A stretch of 64,000 nt of DNA from Isurus oxyrinchus (taxonomy: Eukaryota), in the NCBI GenBank assembly GCA_026770705.1, contig JANJGN010000023.1, positions 10,044,001 through 10,108,000 on the forward strand, given 5' to 3'. Position numbers and translations under genes: made by a program. Shown piece by piece: positions 1 to 9,600 of this stretch (positions are counted from its first letter, which is position 1; each line of letters starts with the position of its first letter). Below the pieces are notes generated by a model that worked only from the letters and a program-made list of their open reading frames with translations, was not told where the DNA came from and searched no databases.

Positions 1-441
1 CCAGGGTGATTGTTTGTGCAGTCGGCGGATATGATCAATCGTTTTATTTCAATTCACCGTTTTACAAATGCCGAGAAGTTCAAAAGTGCAAAACGAAACA
101 TTGCGGGAAGCTGCAATATTAAAATGTTTTAATTTGATCACATTGTTCAGCATGGAATATAATGTAATCTTTTTGTGCTTTGAAGAAAAATAAACGATTG
201 TGAACCACCCCAAATGCACATTAGAGTTTCTCTTTTGCTTTCTTCACCTTTAATGTGTTGCTGTATGAGGAGCTGCCGTGAGACACGGGCTAATATCCAC
301 AGTGAACTTTGCAGCATTGCTGGGCGGTGCTGAACTTACACCCGTGACCATGAACCGAGCGCCGACAGAGAGTTCTGTGTGTTTCAGGCAATGACTCCTG
401 GCTGCCGGATGTAAATAGCGCCGAGCAGCCGAGCGATGCTG

Positions 442-603
442 TCATGGAACTTTATTCCTAACAGCACAGGGGCTCTACCCCACCACGCGGATTGCAGTGG
501 TTCAAGAATGCTGCTCACCAGCACCTTCTGAAAGGCAACTAGGGATGGGCAATAAATGCCGGCCCAACCCGCGTAGCCCAAATCCGATAGACGAATAAAA
601 AAA
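442..603 (+). mobile_element. 5'-truncated CR1/L2-type LINE 3' end in B monomer
   Basis: Translates as SWNFIPNST (SWNSIPNST in the other copies), then after a 1-bp frameshift PRGLQWFKNAAHQHLLKGN*. This fits the WNxLP...FK C-terminal ORF2 motif, and is followed by a short UTR with aataaa and an A-tail. Confidence 0.75.
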
Positions 604-1002
604 TGTTCACATGAATCAGTAAGCTTCAGGGAAACTCCCTCACACTGTCTGCTTCTTAATGTCATCAGAGATTACTGATGAACTAGCAACCTTGTACAGA
701 ACTGCTTGCTTCACATCCTGCCTCTTTCACTGCTTCGTGCCAAACTGCATTTCAGAATGAAGGCACATCCTCTTGTATTCCGGAGGGATGTTTATTCTGT
801 TGTGATTTCTTGGTCTGACTAAATAAGTTCAAAACTTTAGGCAGCGCCATGGAGACCAAACGCACCCAAGCAAAATACACCGGATGCTGGAAATCTGAAC
901 AAAAGCCGTAAAAGAAGGAAATTCGCAGCATCTATGAAGACAAAAACATGGATTCATTCAAGTCAACGAACTTTCATTCTGTTTATCGGCGGAGTATCCG
1001 CC

Positions 1003-1164
1003 CCGAGCCGCCGAACAATGCTGCAATGTTCCGTGAGGATATGAGTCACTGACATTCAGCAGTTCCTCACACACCAACATATTTAATCTGACGAGCGACT
1101 TCATCCTCCACTGAGCTGGCGCCCCTCCTTGTGTTTGTGGTGAGAGCTGGAACTGCAGCTGTAG
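1003..1164 (+). repeat. Left arm of intra-monomer inverted repeat (example; present in every monomer)
   Basis: ccgagccgccgaacaatgctgcaatgttc...ctggaactgcagctgtag is the reverse complement of 1620-1785. By hand count on typical copies, 72 of the outer 80 bp match. Confidence 0.93.
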
Positions 1165-1619
1165 AGTAGAGCGGGATCAGCAATGCTGCCGGATCTGAGC
1201 GGAAACCTGCCCTGGTTTGTAAACCTCTTGTGGACCATTGTGAGAAAGAAGGGAGATGGAAAGGCGGTTTCCTCCAGTCCAGCTCTTGTGATCGATGGAG
1301 GCAGAAATAGCAGCGTTAACATTAACATTCAGCAAGTTATCATTAAAATCCCTACAATGAAATATGTTTTGATAACCCAAATTATAACCATAAAGTCATC
1401 AAAATCTGCTGATCAACCGGCAAACTCGTACAGAAGCGCCTGCTTCACAGCCTGACTCTTTTACTGACCCGTGCCAAGCTGCATTTCAGAATAAAGCCAC
1501 GTCCTCTTGTATCCCGGCTGGCTGATTATTCTGTTGTATTTTATGGGTCAGTTTCCTGGGTGTCAGTTCTCTGTACTTCTGGGTGGTGATTTCCAGCCCT
1601 GCAACATGACTCAACTTAG

Positions 1620-1785
1620 CGACAGCAGCGGTTCCAGGTCCCAGCACGAACACAACCACAGAAGCAGCGCAGGAGAAGTGGGAGACTCTCCTTTAATCCA
1701 TTTGATATGTTTCTGTGTGAGGAGCTGCTGAGTGTCGCTGACTCATATCCTCACTGAACATTTGCAGCATTAGTCGGCAGCTCGG
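1620..1785 (-). repeat. Right arm of intra-monomer inverted repeat (example; full length in A, ~85-bp partial in B)
   Basis: In typical copies the reverse complement reads ccgag(c/t)cgccgagtaatgctgcaatgttcagtgaggatatgagtcagcgacactcagcagctcctcacacagaaacatat...ctggaaccgctgctgtag. Confidence 0.93.
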
Positions 1786-2254
1786 CGCTGCTGAATTTAC
1801 AGCCCCGGCCACGAACCGAGCCCAGAGAGAGTGAAATATGTTTTGTGTGTTTCAGGCAATGACTCCTGGCCAGTCAGCAGCAGAGAGGCGGAGGTTGGTT
1901 CAGTGGGAAAAACGCTGCTTGAAACTTTGGTTGAGGAAAATTCCTCGTTTTATTTAACCTCAGTACTGAACTCCTCCTCAGAGCTGTTTATGTTCATGCG
2001 GCGCGATTTTCCTTTTGAAATCGGCTGGCTCAATCGCATCCAATCTACATCTCGTCACCTTTTAAGCGTTGGCAGCGGCTGGAGAAAAAAAAAGACACAA
2101 ATTTCACTCATTATCTGTTCCTCTGAGACCTCCGTCTTCACCGAAACTGAGAAATGTATTTTTTAGACGTCCGTCGGGAAAATGTGTTGTCCAAATCAAA
2201 AAGGACACCATAATTTCTAAATTTTAGACATTGCCATGGAGACCAGACGCGCCC

Positions 2255-2359
2255 AAGAAAAATACACCGGATGTTGGAAATCTGAAATAAAACAGAAAAT
2301 ACGCAGCATCTATGAAAACTAAAAATTAGAATCTCTCAGTTCAATGATATTTTATTCTG
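2255..2359 (-). mobile_element. Degenerate fragment resembling a Penelope-like element terminal repeat (example; one per monomer, B-linked variant e.g. 868-981)
   Basis: The consensus aaaatacaccggatgctggaaatctgaaataaaacagaaaata..cagcatctatg...tcaggtcaatgatcttttattc resembles, from recall only, an abundant shark/ray repeat end (aaaatactgcggatgctggaaatctgaaataaaaacagaaaatgctgg...gcagcatctgtgg...tttcaggtcgatgacctttcatcaga). Not database-verified. Confidence 0.5.
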
Positions 2360-5241
2360 TTCATCGGCGGAATATCTGCCCCGAGCCGCCGAACAATGCT
2401 GCAATGTTCAGTGTGGCTATGAGTCAGTGACATTCAGCATTTCCTCACACACCAACCTATTAAAACCGAGGAGAGACTTCATCCTCTACTGAGCTGGCGA
2501 CGCTGCTTGTGCTTGTGGTGAGAGCAGGAACTGCAGCTGTAGAGCAGAGCGGGATCAGCAATGCTGCCGGATCTAAGCGGATACCTGTCCTGGTTTGTAA
2601 ACCTCTTGTGGACCTTTGTGAGAAAGAAGGGAGATGGAAACGCGGACTCCTCCAGTCCAGCTCTTGTGATCGGTGGAGGCAGAAATAGCAGCGTTAGCAT
2701 TCAGAATGTTTTGATTAAAATTCCTACAATTAAATATGTTTTGATATTCCAAATTATAATCATAAATGTCATCAAAATCTGCTGATCAACCCGCAAACTC
2801 ATGCAGAACTGCCTGCTTCACATCCTGCCTCTTTCACTGACTCGTACCAAGCTGCATTTCAGAATGACGCCACATCCTCTTGTATCCCGGCTAGCTGATT
2901 ATTCTGTTGTATTTCATGGGTCTGTTTCCTGGGTGTCAGTTCTCTGTACATCTGGGTGGTGATTTCCAGCCCTGCAACATGACTCAACTTAGCTACAGCA
3001 GCTGTTCCAGGTCGCAGCACGAACACAACCACAGCAGAAGCACAGGAGAAGGGGGAGACTCTCCTTTAATCCATTTGATATGTTTCTGTGTGAGGAGCTG
3101 CTGAGTGTCGCTGACTCATACCCTCACTGAACATTTGCAGCATTACTCGGCAGCTGGGCGCTGCTGAATTTACAGCCCCGGCCACGAACCGAGCCCAGAG
3201 AGAGTGAAATATATTTTGTGTGTTTCAGGCAATGACTCCTGGCCAGTCAGCAGCAGAGAGGCGGAGGTCGGTTCAGTGGGAAAAACGCTGCTTGAAGTTC
3301 TTACCGAAACTTTGGTTGAGGAAAATTCCTCGTTTTATTTAACCTCAGTACTGAGCTCCTCCTCAGAGCTGTTTCTGTTCATGCGGGGCGATTTTCATTT
3401 TGAAATCGGCTGGTTCAATCGCATCAAATCTTCATCTCGTCATCTTTTAAGCGGTGGCAGCGGCTGGAGAAGAAAAAAGACACAAATTTCACTCATTGCC
3501 TGTCCCTCTGAGACCCCCGGCTTCACCGAAACTGAGAAATGTATTTTTTAGACGTCCGTCGGGAAAATGTGTTGTCAAAGTCAAAAAGGACACCATCATT
3601 TCTAAATTTTAGACATTGCCATGGAGACCAGACGATCCCAAGAAAAATACACCGGATGTTGGAAATCTGAAATAAAACAGAAAATACGCAGCATCTATGA
3701 AAACTAAATGTTAGAATCTATCAGGTCAATGATCTTTTATTCTGTTCTTCGGCGCAATATCGGCCCCGAGACGCCGAACAACGCTGCAATGTTCAGTGTG
3801 GATATGAGTCAGTGACATTCAGCATTTCCTCACACACCGACATATTTAAACTGAGGAGAGACTTCATCCTCCACTGAGCTGGCGACGCTGCTTGTGTTTG
3901 TGGTGAGAGCTGGAACTGCAGCTGTAGAGCAGAGCGGGATCAGCAATGCTGCCGGATCTGAGCGAATACCTGCCCTGCTTTGTAAACCTCTTGTGGACCA
4001 TTGTGAGAAAGAAGGGAGATGGAAAGGCGGTTTCCTCCAGTCCAGCTCTTGTGATCGATGGAGGCAGAAATAGCAGCGTTAACATTAACATTCAGCAAGT
4101 TATCATTAAAATCCCTACAATGAAATATGTTTTGACAACCCAAATTATAACCATAAAGTCATCAAAATCTGATGATCAACCGGCAAACTCGTACAGAAGC
4201 GCCTGCTTCACAGCCTGACTCCTTCACTGACTCGTGCCAAGCTGCATTTCAGAATGAAGCCACATCCTCTTGTATCCCGGCTGGCTGATTATTCTGTTGT
4301 ATTTTATGTGTCAGTTTCCTGGGTGTCAGTTCTCTGTACTTCTGGTGGTGATTTCCAGCCCTGCAACATGACTCAACTTAGCTAGAGCAGCGGTTCCAGG
4401 TCCCAGCACGAACACAACCACAGAAGCAGCACAGGAGAAATGGGAGACTCTCCTTTAATCCATTTGATATGTTTCTGTGTGAGGAGCTGCTGAGTGTCGC
4501 TGACTCATATCCTCACTGAACATTTGCAGCATTACTCGGAAGCTGGGCGCTGCTGAATTTACAGCCCCGGCCACGAACCGAGCCCAGAGAGAGTGAAATA
4601 TGTTTTGTGTGTTTCAGGCAATGACTCCTGGCCAGTCAGCAGCAGAGAGGCGGAGGTTGGTTCAGTGGGAAAAACGCTGCTTGAAACTTTGGTTGAGGAA
4701 AATTCCTCGTTTTATTTAACCTCAGTACTGAACTCCTCCTCAGAGCTGTTTATGTTCATGCGGCGCGATTTTCATTTTGAAATCGGCTGGCTCAATCGCA
4801 TCAAATCTTCATCTCGTCACCTTTTAAGCGGTGGCAGCGGCTGGAGAAAAAAAAAAGACACAAATTTCACTCATTACCTGTTCCTCTGAGAACTCCGTCT
4901 TCACCGAAACTGAGAAATGTATTTTTTAGACGTCCGTCGGGAAAATGTGTTGTCCAAATCAAAAAGGACACCATAATTTCTAAATTTTAGACATTGCCAT
5001 GGAGACCAGACGCGCCCAAGAAAAATACACCGGATGATGGAAATCTGAAATAAAACAGAAAATACGCAGCATCTATCAAAACTAAAAATTAGAATCTCTC
5101 AGGTCAATGATCTTTTATTCTGTTCATCGGCGGAATATCTGCCCCGAGCCGCCGAACAATGCTGCAATGTTCAGTGTGGATATGAGTCAGTGACATTCAG
5201 CATTTCCTCACACACCAACATATTTAAACCGAGGAGAGACT

Positions 5242-6637
5242 TCATCCTCTACTGAGCTGGTGACGCTGCTTGTGTTTGTGGTGAAAGCTGGAACTGCAGC
5301 TGTAGAGCAGAGCGGGATCAGCAATGCTGCCGGATCTAAGCGGATACCTGTCCTGGTTTGTAAACCTCTTGTGGACCATTGTGAGAAAGAAGGGAGATGG
5401 AAAGGCGGTTTCCTCCAGTCCAGCTCTTGTGATCGATGGAGGCAGAAATAGTAGCGTTAACATTAACATTCAGACTGTTATCATTAATATCGATACAATT
5501 CAATAATGTGGTCAATATCCCAAATTATAACCAGATTCCAGGGTGATTGTTTGTGCAGTCGGCGGATATGATCAATCGTTTTATTTCAATTCACCGTTTT
5601 ACAAATGCCGAGAAGTTCAAAAGTGCAAAACGAAACATTGCGGGAAGATTCAATGTTAAAATGTTTTAATTTGATCACATTGTTCAACATGGAATATAAT
5701 GTAATCTTTTTGTGCTTTGAAGAAAAATAAACGATTGTGAACCACCCCAAATGCACATTAGAGTTTCTCTTTTGCTTTCTTCACCTTTAATATGTTGCTG
5801 TATGAGGAGCTGCCGTGAGACACGGGCTAATATCCACAGTGAACATTGCAGCATTGCTGGGAGCTGCTGAACTTACACCCGTGACCATGAACCGAGCGCC
5901 GACAGAGAGTTCTGTGTGTTTCAGGCAATGACTCCTGGCTGCCGGATGTAAGTAGCGCCGAGCAGCCGAGCGATGCTGTCATGGAACTCTATTCCTAACA
6001 GCACAGTGGCTCTAACTCACCACGCGGATTGCAGTGGTTCAAGAATGCTGCTCACCAGCACCTTCTGAAAGGCAACTAGGGATGGGCAATAAATGCCGGC
6101 CCAACTCGCGTAGCCCAAATCCGATAGACGAATAAAAAAATGTTCACATGAGTCAGGAAGCTTCAGGGAAACTCCCTCACACTGTCTGCTTCTAAATGTC
6201 ATCAGAGATTACTGATGAAATAGCAACCTTGTACAGAACTGCTTGCTTCACATCCTGCCTCTTTCACTGCTTCGTGCCAAACTGCATTTCAGAATGAAGC
6301 CACATCCTCTTGTATTCCGGAAGGATGTTTATTCTGTTGTGATTTCTTGGTCTGACTAAATAAGTTCAAAACTTTAGAGAGCGCCATGGAAACCAAACGC
6401 ACCCAAACAAAATACACCGGATGCTGGAAATCTGAATAAAAGCCGTAAAAGAAGGAAATTCGCAGCATCTATGAAGACAAAAACATGGATTCATTCAAGT
6501 CAACGAACTTTCATTCTGTTTATCGGCGGAGTATCCGCCCCGAGCCGCCGAACAATGCTGCAATGTTCCGTGAGGATATGAGTCACTGACATTCAGCAGT
6601 TCCTCACACACCAACATATTTAATCTGACGAGCGACT
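5242..6637 (+). repeat. Representative type-B monomer (core - AT-rich B block - partial right arm - LINE-split arm copy - module X - Penelope-like piece - left arm)
   Basis: The B-specific ~845-bp segment (gattccagggtgattg...aaaactttag) lies at approx. 1-840, 5534-6377, 11067-11910, 15237-16081, 18022-18864, 22189-23032, 30835-31679, 33616-34458, 37783-38626, 46428-47271, 49208-50051, 51980-52822, 56140-56983 and 60309-61152. Anchor spacing is 1394-1397 bp. Confidence 0.95.
5979..6140 (+). mobile_element. LINE 3' fragment in B monomer
   Basis: Same 162-bp tcatggaac...gaataaaaaaa segment. Confidence 0.75.
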
Positions 6638-9600
6638 TCATCCTCCACTGAGCTGGCGCCCCTCCTTGTGTTTGTGGTGAGAGCTGGAACTGCAGCTGTA
6701 GAGCAGAGCGGGATCAGCAATGCTGCCGGATTTAAGCGGATACCTGTCCTGGTTTGTAAACCTCTTGTGGACCATTGTGAGAAAGAAGGGAGATGGAAAG
6801 GCGGTTTCCTCTAATCCAGCTCTTGTGATCGATGGAGGCAGAAATAGCAGCGTTAACATTAACATTCAGCAAGTTATCATTAAAATCCCTACAATGAAAT
6901 ATGTTTTGATAATCCAAATTATAACCATAAAGTCATCAAAATCTGCTGATCAACCGGCAAACTCGTACAGAAGCGCCTGCTTCACAGCCTGACTCTTTTA
7001 CTGACTACTGCCAAGCTGCATTTCAGAATGAAGCCACATCCTCTTGTATCCCGGCTGGCTGATTATTCTGTTGTATTTTATGGGTCAGTTTCCTGGGTGT
7101 CAGTTCTCTGTACTTCTGGGTGGTGATTTCCAGCCCTGGAACATGACTCAACTTAGACACAGCAGCGGTTCCAGGTCCCAGCACGAACACAACCACAGAA
7201 GCAGCGCAGGAGAAGTGGGAGACTCTCCTTTAATCCATTTGATATGTTTCTGTGTGAGGAGCTGCTGAGTGTCGCTGACTCATATCCTCACTGAACATTG
7301 CAGCATTACTCGGCGGCTCGGCGCTGCTGAATTTACAGCCCCGGCCACGAACCGAGCCCAGAGAGTGTGAAATATGTTTTGTGTGTTTCAGGCAAAGACT
7401 CCTGGCCAGTCAGCAGCAGAGAGGCGGAGGTGGGTTCAGTGGGAAAAACGCTGCTTGGAGTTCTTACCGAAACTTTGGCTGAGGAAAATTCCTCGTTTTA
7501 TTTAACCTCAGTACTGAACTCCTCCTCAGAGCTGTTTATGTTCATGCGGCGCGATTTTCATTTTGAAATCGGCTGGTTCAATCGCATCAAATCTTCATCT
7601 CGTCACCTTTTAAGCGGTGGCAGCGGCTGGAGAAAAAAAATGACACAAATTTCACTCATTGCCTGTTCCTCTGAGACCCCCGTCTTCACCGAAACTGAGA
7701 AATGTATTTTTTAGACGTCCGTCGGGAAAATGTGTTGTCCAAATCAAAAAGGACACCATAATTTCTAAATTTTAGACATTGCCATGGAGACCAGACGCGC
7801 CCAAGAAAAATACACCGGATGCTGGAAATCTGAAATAAAACAGAAAATACGCAGCATCTATCAAAACTAAAAATTAGAATCTCTCAGGTCAATGATCTTT
7901 TATTCTGTTTATCGGCGGAATATCTGCCCCGAGCCGCCGAACAATGCTGCAATGTTCAGTGTTGCTATGAGTCAGTGACATTCAGCATTTCCTCACACAC
8001 CAACATATTTAAACCGAGGAGAGACTTCATCCTCTACTGAGCTGGCGACGCTGCTTGTGTTTGTGGTGAAAGCTGGAACTGCAGCTGTAGAGCAGAGCGG
8101 GATCGGCAATGCTGCCGGATCTAAGCGGAACCTGTCCTGGTTTGTAAACCTCTTGTGGACTATTGTGAGAAAGAAGGGAGATGGAAAGGCGGTTTCCCCT
8201 AATCCAGCTCTTGTGATCGATGGAGGCAGAAATAGCAGCGTTAACATTAACATTCAGCAAGTTATCATTAAAATCCCTACAATGAAATATGTTTTGATAA
8301 TCCAAATTATAACCATAAAGTCATCAAAATCTGCTGATCAACCGGCAAACTCGTACAGAAGCGCCTGCTTCACAGCCTGACTCTTTTACTGACTAGTGCC
8401 AAGCTGCATTTCAGAATGAAGCCACATCCTCTTGTATCCCGGCTGGCTGATTATTCTGTTGTATTTTATGTGTCAGTTTCCTGGGTGTCAGTTCTCTGTA
8501 CTTCTGGGTGGTGATTTCCAGCCCTGCAACATGACTCAACTTCGCTACAGCAGCGGTTCCAGGTCCCAGCACGAACAGAACCACAGCAGCAGCGCAGGAG
8601 AAGTGGGAGACTCTCCTTTAATCCATTTGATATGTTTCTGTGTGAGGAGCTGCTGAGTGTCGCTGACTCATATCCTCAGTGAACATTTGCAGCATTACTC
8701 GGCGGTTCGGCGCTGCTGAATTTACAGGCGCGGACACGAACCGAGCCCAGAGAGAGTAAAATATGTTTTGTGTGTTTCAGGCAATGACACCTGGCCAGTC
8801 AGCAGCAGAGAGGCGGAGGTCGGTTCAGTGGGAAAAACGCTGCTTGGAGTTCATACCGAAACTTTAGCAGAGGCAAATTCCTCGTTTTATTTAACCTCAG
8901 TACTGAACTCCTCCTCAGAGCTGTTTATGTTCATGCGGCGCGATTTTCATTTTGAAATCGGCTGGTTCAATCGCATCAAATCTTCATCTCGTCATCTTTT
9001 AAGCGGTGGCAGCGGCTGGAGAAAAGAAAAGACACAAATTTCACTCATTGCCTGTTCCTCTGAGACCTCCGTCTTCACCGAAACTGAGAAATGTATTTTT
9101 TAGACGTCCGTCGGGAAAATGTGTTGTCCAAATCAAAAAGGACACCATAATTTCTAAATTTTAGACATTGCCATGGAGACCAGACGATCCCAAGAAAAAT
9201 ACACCGGATGTTGGAAATCTGAAATAAAACAGAAAATACGCAGCATCTATCAAAACTAAATGTTAGAATCTATCAGGTCAATGATCTTTTATTCTGTTCT
9301 TCGGCGCAATATCGGCCCCGAGACGCCGAACAATGCTGCAATGTTCAGTGTGGATATGAGTCAGTGACATTCAGCATTTCCTCACACACCGACATATTTA
9401 AACTGAGGAGAGACTTCATCCTCTACTGAGCTGGCGACGCTTCTTGTGTTTGTGGTGAGAGCTGGAACTGCAGCTGTAGAGCAGAGCGGGATCAGCAATG
9501 CTGCCGGATCTGAGCGGATACCTGTCCTGGTTTGTAAACCTCTTGTGGACCATTGTGAGAAAGAAGGGAGATGGAAAGGCGGTTTCCTCTAATCCAGCTC

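Larger units (their letters stand above)
1101..2478 (+). repeat. Representative type-A monomer (core - module X - right IR arm - A-specific block - Penelope-like piece - left IR arm)
   Basis: Contains the A-specific ~350-bp block (cagtcagcagcagagaggcggagg...ggacaccataatttctaaa), found in 32 units. Anchor spacings are 1359-1390 bp. Confidence 0.95.

Noticed and set aside
36-105. aaagtgc (miR-430/302-type seed) in the B block as a tandem miRNA cluster
   Set aside because: I could find only a short cgtttt/aaaacg pairing, with no pre-miRNA-like hairpin.
674-820. ctgatga ... ctga in B module X as a C/D snoRNA or hammerhead core
   Set aside because: There is no terminal stem and no stem II-GAAA. 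The homologous A position reads ctgatca, so the motif is not conserved.
1002-1015. CENP-B-box-like ttcggcggctcggg on the minus strand
   Set aside because: TTCG and CGGG are 6 nt apart instead of 7, and the required central A is missing.
1088-1110. ctgacga/ctgagga (CUGANGA) in the left arm as a hammerhead core
   Set aside because: No stem II followed by GAAA downstream, and several copies read ccgagga or cagagga.
1831-2166. Recurrent ~111-115 aa ORF (MKYVLCVSGNDSWP...) and the other short repeated ORFs on both strands
   Set aside because: Many start at GTG/TTG, none has a recognisable domain, and they overlap on both strands. They are freely frameshifted or truncated between copies (e.g. 4593, 17083, 21237, 48257, and absent at ~55201). 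They recur only because the DNA repeats.
2233-2322. Strong Kozak context gccATGg opening METRRAQEKYTGCWKSEIKQKIRSIYEN
   Set aside because: Only 28 codons, it runs through the TE-like fragment, and it is stopped earlier or frameshifted in B-linked and several A copies.
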